From NCBI GenBank assembly GCA_010015585.1, contig ML975150.1: 64,000 nucleotides of DNA; one strand, written 5' to 3'. The notes under the pieces are model-generated. The model had not been told where the DNA came from and ran no database searches. It was given only the letters and a program-made list of their open reading frames with translations. Each line of letters starts with the position of its first letter. Within the stretch, counting starts at the first letter, position 1. The position numbers and the translations under genes were made by a program. This DNA comes from Eremomyces bilateralis CBS 781.70 (Eukaryota). Positions 1 through 13,230 of the stretch are shown in pieces.

Positions 1-1904
1 ATGGTAACAGATCGTAGGTACTTAGTACCGCACTTAGTATGGCACTTCCCTCCAACAGACCACCGGAAGCGTCTTGCGTTCCAGTCGTACTGATACGAAA
101 GGGGTATCGGTCAGTTCCTTAGCATGGACGCCCAGCCCCTGTCCCAGTTGACTTCGATTCTTCTTCCATTTCAGCTTTCGAAGTCTCATCCTCGATATCC
201 TCTTCTCTTCTCTCGAATTTCGGCATCCCTTTCCCCTTTGGTCCCCATCAGCGGAGCACTACATGCCCTTAGTATCCCAGCCGGCCTCTTTCTCTTACTT
301 ATCCCTCTCTTGCTTGCCCCTCTCATTCAAGCCCCTCTCCTTCAAGTTCATCTCTTTCAAGTCCATCTCAGAACTGCCAAACTCATTGAAAAGGGGAGCT
401 GGATTTGGATTTAGGTGCTTCCTGCGCTGTCTTTATACTTGCAACTGCATGTTAAAATACTCGATTCGATTCGATTCGATTATTTTAGTTCTCATTTAAT
501 TGTTCTTCGCTCCGCTGTGAATCCGTAGTAGCTAGAGCATTGTACTCAACCGAACGTTCGATCGGATAAATGCACCTGTCATGGTTCCTCTTGAAAATAC
601 ATCCCCGTTGAAGGAAGGCCCATCTCATGTCTCAGTATTCTCTTACATAGATCGGGGGGTCTTCTGGACCCCAGGAGGCATTCATCACCGCCATTGATGG
701 TCTGCTGTCTCCCCCTTCTATCTCCTCTATACAGCCTAGTAGGGCACGACTCCTGAGTAGAGTGGTTGGTTATAGGATTGAGATCAATGCTGGAACGGAC
801 TTGAATGGACTAGAGCAAACGGTTCCTCAACAGCTCAAGTCTCCATGGCGGCCAAGTCTAAGGATGGGGAGCGGCTGCGAAGGGCACTGAATTGAATAAA
901 AATAGCCCAATCTAAGGAGAGTTCGGGGTCCTTGAAAATGTCCTTGTATGACGGGGTCGCTTTGGATAGATTGACAATGTTCTGGAACAGCTTCGCGGTA
1001 ATGAGGTACGTTAAAACCGAAGGATTTGCGGGACCGTTGCGTCTTTGATCACTTTCATATTTTGATACTTTAGAAGCACTCCGCCATACTCTTTCAATCC
1101 GACATTCTCCTGGCCTCTGTCGGCGGAAATTGGTCTCCGCCTCAGTCCTCACCCCCAGTCCCAGTAGCACGGAGATTATTCAGTAAATACATAGCAAATG
1201 GCAATCGACATGTCCAGAGTTCCAGACTTCATGGTTCGCCTTTCAACTTCCGTTCAGTTATCGATTACTACGAACGGCTAGTTAGGAGGACTTTTCGCAG
1301 CCATAAGGTTAAGGTCGTTTCCGAAATGTTGCCAGAGACGGATATTCCCCTCTTTGGCGCTCGATATTAATAATATGACTGATCCTTCAATGTCCAGCAC
1401 CTTTTCTATCCAGCGAACGGCGTCTTCTATGAGGCATCTCATAACCATTTCCTATTCAATATTAATAATAATAATAATACAGGATCACCGAGTGGCGAGC
1501 AGAGTACTGAGTCGGTAGCTTAGCAATTAGCACGTAATAAGCACTACATAGTTGGCATTTCAGTAATTAGCCCTAATTATGCCCCGACGTCAACGGTGAC
1601 TCCTCCGGGTTTTGGCGGACGAACTGCAACACTTGCGCAATTTGTATTAGGATTCAGTTGCGCCTTACTGACCTGAAGGCCATTCATAAGGGTCCGTTTC
1701 TGTAGATATATCTATATGAGAGAATGGATTATGAGCCGAAGAGCATTGGACATATCGACGCCAGATGGTGAACATTCGTACCGACGTATGTAACCTAGGA
1801 AAGGCAATCCTCACAGCACCCCCTCAAAAGGCCCTCCTTCACAGGACGAAACCACCGAACGAACTCCTCAGATTCCAACGTTCCACAGAACCTGATAACC
1901 AAGC

Positions 1905-4742
1905 ATGAATGACCCCTTCCAGCCATCTCAATATACCAATCCCGCCCTCCCTCAATTCCTCCCTTTGGACGGCATGCCCTCCATCAACCGTACCGAAGAC
2001 TCCACCTCCCCGCCCACCGCCTCCAACGCCTCCGCCACCAACTCCGCTCCTCACACCGCCTCCAGCCCCCCTTCGAACCTCAACCCGCGCTCCTGCATGA
2101 CCTGCCGCCGCCGCAAAGTCCGCTGCGACAAGCGGCAGCCGTGCTCGAACTGCGCGCGCGCACGCATCGAATGCATCTTCCCCGGCCCGGGGCGCGCGCC
2201 GCGGCGGCCGCGCAAGCCGGCGGATGCGGAGCTGTTGGAGCGGTTGCGGAAGTTGGAGGGAGTGGTGCAGACGCTGGGGACGCAGGTGCAGGAGGAGACG
2301 GGGGTGAAGGTGGATTTTGTGGACGAGAAATCCGGGGAGAGTGGTGGGAAGGATGGGGAGGAAATGAAGGTGGAGAAAGGATTGTCGTCAGATGAGAGGG
2401 TCGCGAAGGCATATAAGGAATTGAAGGAGGCAAAGAAGAAGTGCGCGGATGCGAAGAAGGAGTGTGCGGATGCGAAGGAAACGCATAGCAAGTATAACGG
2501 GTTGGAGGCCCGGTTTGGGAGGCTGGTGGTGGATGAAGGACGGAGCAGATATGTGACATCGAATTTCTGGGCGAATCTAGGACAGGAAGTATGTCGATAA
2601 GCTGATCTTGGTGTTATTGTTCTATTCTAAACGTCCGCACAGGTTGAAGATATCCGAGCGATCCTTAACGAGTCCGAAGAAGAGGAAGAAGAGGAATATT
2701 CTCCTGGCAGCTCTCACCAGTCCTCTCACCAAGGCTACATATTCGGTTACAGCTCCAAGTCGAAAGATTTATCAGACCTACATCCGCCAGCGGACTTGAT
2801 ACCTGTCTACTGGGAAGTATTCAAGGAGAACATTGATCCCCTGCTGAAGATCCTCCATGTCCCGACGATGGAACAGGTCATCCTCGATTACAGAGACAAC
2901 CTCGACACCTTGAAACCCGGCTGTGAGGCGCTTCTATTCGCCATCTACTACAACTGCGCGACGAGCACCACGGACGAGGAATGCCGAAACCGACTACAAG
3001 GCGAGAAGGCCGAGTTGATCCCACGTTATCGATTCGCAGTCGAGCAGGCGCTGGCACGCGCGAATTTCCTACAAAGCGACGAGATTATAGTGCTGCAAGC
3101 ATTCGTCATGTTTCTAGTCGCCCTACGGCGGAATGACGATGCGCGCGTGATCTGGACGCTCGTAGGCCTCATCGTTCGCATGGCCCAATCGCTCGGTCTT
3201 CACCGCGACGGGACGCACTTCAACCTCAAGCCGTTTGAGATTGAGATGCGGCGACGGCTGTGGTGGCAGACCTGCATTCTCGATATCCGAGCTGCCGAAG
3301 ACCACGGTTGCGACCCCACGATCACAGAGCATATGTACGACACGAAATGCCCCCTTAATATTAACGACAGCGACCTCCACCCCGACATGACGTCCTTCCC
3401 CGACGAGCGGATCGGTTGCACGGACATGACCTTCAGTATCATCCGCATCGAAATCACCCGCATGTTCCGCCGCCTCCACTTCATCCCCGCCAACCTCAAG
3501 CGCTGCCCCCGCATCTACTCGGGCATCGCCCTCGAGAAGCGCGAGCAATGGATCACCGAACTGCACCAGAATCTCGAAGACCGCTACCTTCAACACTGCG
3601 ACATGTCCATCCCACTCCACTGGGTCATCGCTACCGTCTCCCGCCTCACCATCGCCAAGATGTGGCTGATCGCCTACCACCCCTTCCAGCGCCTCGACGG
3701 CGGCAAATCCCTCCCGCAGGCCACCAAGGACAAGCTCTTCGTCACGAGCCTTGAGAACGTCGAGTACGCCCTTCTGCTCGAGAAGGAGGAGCGCACCCGT
3801 AAGTGGGGCTGGCTGTTTACGACTTACATGCAGTGGCACGCCATCGCGTACCTCCTCACCGAACTCTGCGTCCGCACCTCCGGCGATACTGTCGAGCGCG
3901 CCTGGCATGCCGTCGATGAAGTCACCCAGCGCCGGTGGGGCGAAGACGTGTACGTCGAGCGAGGATCGTCGAATCTCTGGAAGCCGTTGCGGAAGCTGAT
4001 CCGGAAAGCTCGAGCGGCGCGCGAGCAGCATCGGGGATCCCGGAAGGGTGCGGAGAAGGATCTGCAGGCGTCGGTGGGTCTTAGGGGCTTGGAGTTTGAG
4101 GATGTCGCGGCAATGAATTTCTGGCCGGAGTCGGGCGATCTAGAGACGGCAGGGACGGCGCCGGCGGTGGAGGATATTTCGCCAGGGATTCAAGTTGACG
4201 CGGGGATCATGTCGGCGAAGGCGTTGACGGAGCAGCAGGCANNNNNNNNNNNNNNNNNNNNNNNNNNNNNNNNNNNNNNNNNNNNNNNNNNNNNNNNNNN
4301 NNNNNNNNNNNNNNNNNNNNNNNNNNNNNNNNNNNNCGCGGGGATCATGTCGGCGAAGGCGTTGACGGAGCAGCAGGCATGGCGGCAGCATGTGCCCGTT
4401 ACGTTCGACTCGGCATTCGAAGCACCGCCCCAGGCAGTGCAGGAGTTGGATTGGCTTGGTGGTTCGGTGCATCCGACATTGGGCATATCGGCGAGCGGTG
4501 GCATGGATCTTTCAGACAGTTCAGTGCCTGGTGCGAAGGGAGGGGGGATTGGGGCCATGGAGATGGGTCAGGAGGACATGTCCTTTGAGGTTCTACCGGT
4601 TTGGGAAGATGATCCCTCCTTCGACTGGACGACGTGGGATGAGGCGATGGGGAATGTCTCCCCCGATGGAGCGGGGCTAAATGCGGTTGGGACGGCGGGG
4701 ACGATGAGTACTGGTTCCTCTGGGATGGGGAACTGGTACTGA
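1905..4742 (+). CDS. Zn(II)2Cys6 transcription factor with fungal-specific TF domain
   Basis: CMTCRRRKVRCDKRQPCSNC..C binuclear cluster; intron 2589-2642 (GTATGT..CAG) joins it in frame to the middle-homology region (RMAQSLGLHRDG, EMRRRLWW); N-gap at 4242-4336 inside the last exon. Confidence 0.93.
4242..4336. other. Assembly gap (95 N)
   Basis: Run of N flanked by an identical 43-bp sequence (4199-4241 and 4337-4379). Confidence 0.99.
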
Positions 4743-4867
4743 TAGATCGCTGGCCTTTCTGGTATATGAGTGAAATGAGATATGACATACGCGACTGAAG
4801 ATGGACAGTTCCAATAGCGGTATCAATGCAGCACTCCCACTCTTAACGAGCGTTCCGTTTCCGTCTC

Positions 4868-6034
4868 TCACTTCGCACCATGCACCTCCTTCAAGAACCC
4901 CAAGATCCCCTCCGTCACCTTCTCCGGCTGCTCCTGCGCCGGCCAATGCCCCGCCCCCTCAATCAACCGCACCCCCCTGAAATCCGTACAAAACCCTCCC
5001 ATCCCCTCCAACGCCCCCGGCTCCTGATAATTTCCCCAATCTCTCCGCCCTGATAAAAACACCGCCGGCACCTCGATCTTCCTCCCCGCAAAAAGCGCCA
5101 TATCATCCGCGATCGCTAGACTCCGATCCGTCCCCGCCCGATACCAATTCAATCCCCCCTGAAATCCCGTCCGCGTCCACTCCGCCACATATACCGCCAA
5201 CTCTTCCTCCGCCAACCACCGCCGCGTCGCGCCTTCGTCCTCTCCTGCCATGTTCCGCGCCACCGTCTCCGCCATCGTCAGATCCAGCGGCATCACGTAG
5301 TACTCCGGCATCTTCGCCAGCTCCCCCGCCGTCCACCCCGCCAGCGGCCCAGGCTTGTTCCCCGCCCAGTCCGCGCTCTTCAAATGAAAATACCCCCGCA
5401 GAAATGCTGCCATCCCCTGCGCCGGCCGCGCCCACTCCTCGCCCGCCTGCGCGGTGGAATTCGCCCATGTATAATGCTTCCTCGGCCTCTCCAACCTTGC
5501 CAACTCCTCCAACACCGCCTCTTTTTTCGTCGCCTCCCCCGCCGTCCGCACTACTGGGCCCCATCCCTTCGCCGGATGGCTCATCAGCACCACACTCCGC
5601 ACTACATCCCCTCGGATCCCCGCGAACGCCGCCGCCGCTACCGCGCCGAAATCGTGCCCGACCACGCACGCCACCTCCTCGTACCCCAGCGCGCCGACCA
5701 GACACACCAGATCGCGCACCAAGTTCGTCAGCGCGAATCCCGAGAGGTCGGCGACGTCCCAGCCGGTGGTACGGCCGTAGCCGCGCAGGTCAGGGGCGAC
5801 GACGTGGTAGCCGGCGGCGGAGAGGCGGGGGAGGATGTGGCGCCAGGAGAAGGAGAGTTCGGGGTAACCGTGGAGGAGGAGGATGAGGGGGTGTTTGGTG
5901 GTGGTGGTGGGGGTGGAGGAAGGGGTGGAGGAGAGGAGGTGGATGGTGAGAGGGGTGGGGGGGATGGGGAGGGAGAGGGAGGTGATGGTGGGGGGGAGAG
6001 GCCAGGGAGGGAGAGGGGTAGAGGAGGTAGTCAT
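4868..6034 (-). CDS. Alpha/beta hydrolase, epoxide hydrolase family
   Basis: Intronless 388 aa; LLHGYPE, APDLRGYG, nucleophile motif GHDFGA, LNWYR, GAGHWPAQEQP. Confidence 0.9.
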   Translation of the reverse strand: MTTSSTPLPPWPLPPTITSLSLPIPPTPLTIHLLSSTPSSTPTTTTKHPLILLLHGYPELSFSWRHILPRLSAAGYHVVAPDLRGYGRTTGWDVADLSGFALTNLVRDLVCLVGALGYEEVACVVGHDFGAVAAAAFAGIRGDVVRSVVLMSHPAKGWGPVVRTAGEATKKEAVLEELARLERPRKHYTWANSTAQAGEEWARPAQGMAAFLRGYFHLKSADWAGNKPGPLAGWTAGELAKMPEYYVMPLDLTMAETVARNMAGEDEGATRRWLAEEELAVYVAEWTRTGFQGGLNWYRAGTDRSLAIADDMALFAGRKIEVPAVFLSGRRDWGNYQEPGALEGMGGFCTDFRGVRLIEGAGHWPAQEQPEKVTEGILGFLKEVHGAK

Positions 6035-6489
6035 TATGAGTGAGTGGTGGTAGTTACTGTGGTTGGGGTTGTGATGGGTTGGTTTAAAGTGGTTAGTTTA
6101 TTGTGGTGAGAATGCGGTTTGAGGAGGGAGGCTCCAATGAATTCAATGGTATAATGATGTATCAGTCGCCGATGCCGTGATCGAAGGTAGCCGAGGTCGC
6201 TGATAGGCATGTCATCGATAACTACAAGCATGGTAGACAATTACCATTTACCAGATACAGCAAGATTCGAAAACTACCGTGGTAACCATGTTGATTCTGC
6301 AGGTTGCTTCGCCTCGCTCTATTAAGATGTACGGAGCTAGCTTTTGGTTACCCGAATATCCGTCCTGAATCCCTCATGCAATCTTTCCCATGACCGATCA
6401 GCATAAATGATCCGCCCGCTCCTAGAGATTCTCATCGACGCGTGAACCGTATGCGTTGTGTATGCAACCTCGAGGCATCTTCATCCGCC

Positions 6490-9310
6490 TCAATCCTCTG
6501 TGATATCGCCATACTGCCAACACCCCCACCTCTCCGCCTTCGCCTCCTCTTCCAGCTTCCGCAACACCCTCAACACCTCCCCCTGCCCCCTCTCCCACGC
6601 CTTCAACTTCCTCGGCACCATCGCCAACCCCTCCCCCACCATATCCGCGTTCACGCTCCGCTCCAACTGCCCCCGATCCTTCTCATCAAACAGCGTGACA
6701 TCCACCGCCGCCGCCCCTTGTGGCCCCCCAGCGCCCTCCTCATGCTCCACGCGCGCCACGAACTGTCGGCCTTCCACCTCCTTCTGTAACCACCCGGCCG
6801 CCTCCGCCGCGTACTCCCCGCCCGGCACCTGCACAAACGCCAGCGCCGCCTCCACCGCCTGCGCGCCCAGCCGCCGCAGCCCGAACTCCTCTGGCAACAC
6901 CCTCAGTTCGCTCCATGGCACGCGCTCTGCATTCCCATAATCAACATAGTACACCTCCGCGCGCTTCGCCTCGCGGTCGACGCGCCGCACGCGCCCCCGG
7001 TACCAGGTCGCGTCCTCGCTGAACTTCGCGGAGACGAGCTCGCCGGCTTTCGGGGGGTTGGCGAGCGGCTTGGCGGCGGGGGAGGCGTGGTGCGTGCGGA
7101 AGGAGGACATAAGCGTGGTGAGTGCCGCGGTGCCGGGGCCGATGAATTGGAGTTTGAGGTGTTGGGTGGTGGGGTCGACGAAGGTGACGAGGGCGGGGCG
7201 GTAATCGGTGCTGCGGGGCGTGGAGGTGGCGCCGTTCGTATGCCCGTTGGTACTAGTGACGGAGGCGCCGGTCGTGGTGGGGGCGGCGTCGTCGACGGCT
7301 TCGGATTCGGGCGTCCAGTCTTTCCAGAGGCCTTTGTGTGCTTCTTTGGCGCGACGCTCGGCGGCGTTCAATTCGTTGAACAGGCCAGCTTTCTCAGCGG
7401 AGTAGGCGTGCACTTCGGCTAGACCTTCCTCCAGGAGGAGCTTTGTGAAGTTCTCGCGGTTCACGTAGATGGTACCGATGAAGCCGCCGTTCTTGTCGCA
7501 GTCGTCCACGTCGATCTCCACGTCTCGCTGTAGGCAGCGACGGTTGGCGAACTCATGGGCCTCCGCACCAAAGGGATCGCCCTCCTCGTTAGCATTGCGA
7601 GCGGAACGCGGTGCACGAATGCCGGAGAGGACGACGGTGATTTTGGCGCTTTCTTTGGGAATAAGGACGGTGAATCGAGAGCCTGATTTGACGAAATCCA
7701 CGACACCGGCGACTCGTCGCAATCGGCTGAGATACGTCAACTGGCGCCTTGCCTTCTCTAAGCTTTCGCTGTAGTCGGTATATCTGATCGGTGACGACGC
7801 TTTGTCGTTCCACATGCCCTTCTTTTCAGCCTGAGCCGCCGCCTCGGCCTGAAGGAGGTCGTCGTAGATGGGTGAACGGTCCGGGTCGTCTGCTCGATGA
7901 CGGATGACCGACGCATAACCGTTTTCGACGAGTAGCAGCGCAACGTTCTTGTTGTTCTGAGACACCGTTCCCATCTCCCGTTCCTCGTACCCTTCGGTGG
8001 CGGCACGCTTTCCGTCGACCGTGACCTTGACGTGCTTTCCGATGAGTTTCTTTCGTAGGAACTCCTTGGCCTCCGCGCCCCAGGGTGCTTGTTTCGGGTC
8101 CGATGGCTTCGGCTGTCGAACGCTGCTCAAGCTGATCCGCTTCTCAGTGTTGTCGCGGTATCGAAGGATGACGGTGTCGGCAGAGATGATTCGTTGGACT
8201 GCCGCTTCGGTTTCTTTGGACGCCCCTCGGATGGGTAATTTCTGTCCGGCGAACAGTCCCAATCCTTGATCGCGAGCCTTCTTCTCGGCTTGTCGCAACT
8301 TTGCCATCTCCGGTCCTAGCATAGTCGAGTGGTGGTCGGTACATCGGGCTAACCCGGCTTCCAGGACGAAGGGTGCGAGGTTACCCCGGACTTTATGAGC
8401 GACAGTGGCGACCAGTTGATTCTGGGGAGTGAGGCCTAATATCGTGATGTTACAATTTCTCTGCAACACCCTCTCCTCCATGAACCGTTGTGCTGCCTCA
8501 CCGTGTGGCTCGGCAGGCTGCTCGGTGCCATCGGAGGTGTTCACGCGTTTCGTGGCAGGGGCTCGGATCCCGGCTACCAGCAGCATGGTTTGCGAATGTT
8601 TGAGGGGTTGGACGATGAGGCGGACGATGAGGCGGTCGCCGCTCAAGACCTTTTCCACAACCCCTAGGCATAGTCAGCAACTGCAGAGTTCACCACGAGC
8701 GGGGCATCTTACCATCCAGTGTCTTCCCTTTCCAAGCCTGTAGGAAAACCTTGGGGTCTGGTATCTCATACGACGTCTCGACCCTGGAGACCTTCTCCTG
8801 CCAGATCCCTTTGCTATTTGCCTTGGCGTGGGCTTCGTCGACGATGAGCTTGTCGAGGATGGCTTTGTTCTCCTCGTTCTCCTCTCTTCGGCTGGCGTCG
8901 TCACGAACCTTGACCCAGCCCTCCGCTACAGAGACTTCGGGGAAAGAAGCACTGCCGTCGGAGAGCCTGACCAGGCCATATTCACGGTGAGCTCCTGTAG
9001 GGATGGTATAAAGGACTCGACAGGAGACGATCTTCCCGACGAAGACGCGGAGGAAGTCGCGGGATTCAAAGGCAAAGGGCTTGCAGTGAAGTTAGCGAAT
9101 GGTTGACAGAATAATCAGCAATCATGGGAATATAATCGAGGAATTTCAGAAATGAATAGTATATACCTCGTCACCCTCCCGCTTTAATCGAGGGGCGGTC
9201 ACATAGGCCAGGCTCAATGTGCGCTCTTGGGCGAGGTTCTTCGGGTTGCAGAGGACGAGGGTGTCGCCGGAGAGGATGGATTTGACGCGGGCTTCGAAGG
9301 AGGATGACAT
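6490..9310 (-). CDS. SND1: Tudor staphylococcal nuclease (Tudor-SN)
   Basis: Starts MSSSFEARVKSILSGDTL; introns 9080-9166 and 8664-8712; repeated SN domains, Tudor motif (AKFSEDATWYRGRV..YVDYGN), C-terminal WQYGDITED. Confidence 0.95.
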
Positions 9311-10063
9311 GGTGGCAGTAGGATTCCGAGACTGCTGGTAAAGGTGGTGTGGTCGGTGAGGATACTCGCAGATAGCGGTTTGACAGGTGTCACAAACAGA
9401 TGGTGGATTTGGTAGTGTGATGTATGTGCCCCACTCAATTGGGAGAATCCGAAATCAATTTCTTGCAGAATTGGGGATGGGAGAGATATGGATGCAGAGA
9501 AGATATGTGGGAAGGTAATATGCAAAAGAAGATGAATTGGGGGGGCTGTGAGAGTGAAACTGATAGTGAAACTGATGGTGAGTTGGTGGTGGTGGTGAAG
9601 CTGGAACTTGTGGTGGTGAATTCATGGGACGCGGTTCCATTGTGTGCCATTCCGGAAAATGCAGGAGTGTGGGGTAGCCCTTGCCACTTTCAGTTCTCAC
9701 GTGTTGCTGGTCCCATGTGCATTCAGATTATTATAAGGAGATATGTAAGTATATATCACTCGCTGGTCATATCATGGAGGTTATATATAACAAATTGACA
9801 AGAACATATAGAGCAGGAGGGTGTGGCGGGGCCCTTGGATTTATCAATTAATATCGGCAATCACTTATCACACAATCAGAGAGCTCAACTAATATGCCAT
9901 GTTTGACATGGACTAATTGGTATTTGCAACTACCTAACGATAGGCTTCTCGTTCTGCTATCCACATGCACATGCTGATTCCAAGCTGTGCATCAACCTTC
10001 CATGTCACCATTGCCTCGGATGGACAGTTCTGTCCTGCATTGACGGGTGAGGCAAGCAACCAT

Positions 10064-11071
10064 TTAGGTCGCAATGCCGATGACACCTACAACAAATTAG
10101 CCACCATTGACCTACTAACCTCTCCACAAGATACTTACCACAAGCCGGACGCGGGCCAGCATTCCCCGTCTTCTTCGACTCCTCCGAGCCGCCCTTTCCA
10201 AGATCATCAGTGCCAGCATGGACGACGACGGTACGCTGCGAATTCTCTAATCAGCACGTCCTCATGTCACGATGCAATGCCGGGAAAACATACGCCGATC
10301 ACGCTCGTGGCGCCGATCAATTGCACCAGCGCATCGGTGATGGAGCCCTTCGCGTTACCCTGGGCATCGGTCTGGACGTTCCCGAGATCGCCGACGTGGC
10401 GTTCCTCATCGACGGGGGCGCCGTGGGTCTTGTTGAAGGGGTTGACTGATTGACCAGTGGTTAGCTCTGCGTCATGGAACGCTTTCATGAGGGGAAAGGG
10501 TGGGGGGTTTGACATACAGTGAGGACCGGCGCTGGTGCAGCCGTTGGTGTTATCACCGAAGGTGTGGACGTGAAAGCCGCGTTGGGCGTTGGCATCGTTG
10601 CCAGTGATGTCGTAGGTGATGGTGGTGGCGGCACCCTCGGCGGCTTGCTCGAAGGTGACGGTGCCCTTGACGGTGGAATCACCACGGATGACGGCAACTG
10701 ATGGAAGGGGGAGGTTAGCGGGTTTGTATCATGATGGTTGAGCGTTGGTGGCGATGGGGGGGCGTTGGTGGTTGAGTGAGCCTCCGATGCCGAAGACGCA
10801 GTTGATGACGTCGAGCTATCTCGGATCTTCCACTGGCGACGTTTGGGTCTTGAATCTGCTTTCTCCATCCCTCCGTCCGACAATCCCTCAAGGTGACCAT
10901 CACGGTCTTCTAGAACGATGATGGAAGGCAGGCAGACCCAAGAAAACGTGCTCATTCCCACTCATCACCGGTCCCCAACACTCTAGCACCTGGCGGCTGA
11001 AAGGGACCGGAACACCACCATTCCAAAAACCGGGGTCACGGAAAGGACGTTCGCTTACCTGCTTTAACCAT
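10064..11071 (-). CDS. SOD1: Cu/Zn superoxide dismutase
   Basis: Five exons (11071-11059, 10697-10518, 10445-10294, 10235-10139, 10086-10064): [71 protein letters not shown]. Confidence 0.97.
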
Positions 11072-12040
11072 TGTGAATTGATTTCTCAAAGAATTGACGT
11101 TAAGCGGATCTGGTTATGGAAACTTGGGAAGAATTGGATGGATGTCGTCAGTTTGTTTGTTGAACGGTAGAGAAATTTGGAGGGAAAAGGAAACCAGAGA
11201 TGGATGGGATGGCGGGGATGTCACACAACAAGCGGATCTACAAAGCACGACAGCACCTGGACTAGGTAAGCAAATGGGTCCAGCTCGGGAAGCTGGGAAC
11301 CGGACGGAACACTGGACGGGGCAGGAGAGCATCGCAGGGTCAGGTCGTGACAACTATTCACTAGTCTAGACTACATACGGGCAGGCATTCGTTTTCCACG
11401 GCTTCACACCATCAACGCTACTTCTTGCGTATGAACAATCATGGAAATTCATTTCATATATCAGGATTCAGAGAAATGAGGGGAGGGGTTCAGGGTCAGT
11501 CAGCGTCATCAGGGCCTGTCGGTTCTAGAAGCCCCGCTTACATCACCGCTCGGCGATATCGGGCCATCTGATCGGATGGAATTTCGTGGGGAGTGCCAAC
11601 ACTCGACAGGGCCGCGATAGGAATTGTATTGGGAGTAATCGGAGGGGATTTCCGTGGAGAAATGGACAGCTACCTACTTGTTTGGATATGAGGAAGGAAT
11701 TCTTCTTGTCGATGAGAGGCGGTGATTGTTTTGTCAACAGCAAGTGGGGGACCATAATACTCCACCGGGAAAACTCTGCCACGGAAGTAGCTCCCCTGAT
11801 AGGGCCGGTGATAGCACCGAAGACCACCAAAGGGCTCACATCGATAGAATTATCGTCTACAGACAATGAGAATGGAATGGGATATAACATTTTTTGGGTC
11901 TAGTCACATTAAACCATATGATTCCTCATCAACAATTCATCCATTCGCAATGTCCATTTTCACATCCATCCATTCGCGCCCAAACAATCATATTCTTTAT
12001 CTCTCCAGCTCTCCACCCCCTCCACCATACACTCCATCAT

Positions 12041-13230
12041 CTACTGCAGCTTCGCCTTCAGGATATCCTTCAGCGTGACTGCATCGGCCGCGAACTTAGA
12101 GATACCTTCCCGCAACTTCTCCACCGCCATCTGCTCATCGTTGAAGTCGAATCGGAAGGTGGGCTCGTCGTTGATGTAGGTCCGCCTTGCGATGTCGAGC
12201 GACGTGGCCGCCGACCCATCGAGCTTCTTGGGGACGTCGTCGGTGCCGTTGTAGAGGTCCTCGAGGAGGTTGGGCTATTGCAGCAATGTCAGTTGGTCAC
12301 ATGTAAATTTTGGGGGTTGGGTTTGGAGCGTGGAGGGGACGTACGGAGATGGTCAGGTAGTCACAGCCAGCCAGCTCGGTGATCTCCCCCGTATTCCGGA
12401 ACGACGCGCCCATGACGATGGTCTTATACCCGAACTTCTTGTAGTAGTTGAAGATCGAGTGCACGCTCTTGACGCCCGGGTCCTCCTCCGGGGTGTAGTC
12501 CTTCTTCGTCGACGCCTTGAACCAGTCTAGAATGCGGCCAACGAACGGCGAGATGAGGGTGGCGCCCGCTTCCGCGCCCGCGATGGCTTGCACCAGCGAG
12601 AACATGAGGGTCAGGTTGACATTGATGTTGTGCTTCGATTCGAGGATCTCCGCGGCCTTGATGCCCTCCCAGGTGGAGGCGATCTTGATGAGGACGCGGC
12701 TTCGATCGATGCCCATCTCCTCGTACATCTACACGGTCACCAGTCAGTGCCAATCCCCACACCGAAAATCCCTCTCCTTTTCTAATAAAAAAATGGGTGG
12801 GGGGAAACGTACCTTGATGATATGCAGCGCCTTCTTCACTGACACCTCCGTGTCGAACGAGTACCGTGCATCCACCTCCGTCGACACCCGCCCGGGGATG
12901 ATCTTCAAGATCTCGCTGCCGAACTGCACCAGCAGGTTGTCGAGGGCGACGTCGACCTGCTCGTCGACCGAGCCCGGGTGCTTCTTGCCGTAGGCGACCG
13001 CCGCGTCGATGAGCTTGGCATACTCGGGCTTCTTGGACGCCGCGAGGATCAGCGACGGGTTGGTGGTGGCGTCTTGTGGCTTATATTTGGCGATGGTGTT
13101 GAAGTCGCCAGAGTCACACACGACGGTCTGGGTGGGTTAGTATGAGACGAGATGGGCGGGGCGGAGCGGATGGGGATGGATGTAAACTTACAGTGCCGGT
13201 GGCCTTCAATTGATCTAGAGAGTTCGTCAT
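12041..13230 (-). CDS. TAL1: Transaldolase
   Basis: [33 protein letters not shown] (Schiff-base Lys), [18 protein letters not shown]; three GT-AG introns. Confidence 0.96.

Noticed and set aside
462..481. (CGATT)4 and (AAT)n near 1464-1479
   Set aside because: Ordinary microsatellites.
835..1170. 111-aa minus-strand ORF
   Set aside because: No ATG start and no recognisable domain; probably a degenerate fragment.
2434..2478. 21-bp tandem duplication (KKKCADA/KKECADA)
   Set aside because: Real, but a trivial slippage event in a low-complexity linker.
3123..4031. Long antisense or overlapping ORFs (also 33378-34301, 49657-50295, 53802-54596)
   Set aside because: Shadows of GC3-rich coding sequence on the opposite strand.
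4199..4379. Apparent duplicated peptide AGIMSAKALTEQQA in the Zn2Cys6 factor
   Set aside because: The identical 43 bp flank an N-gap, and collapsing 138 bp keeps the frame; most likely an unmerged contig overlap.
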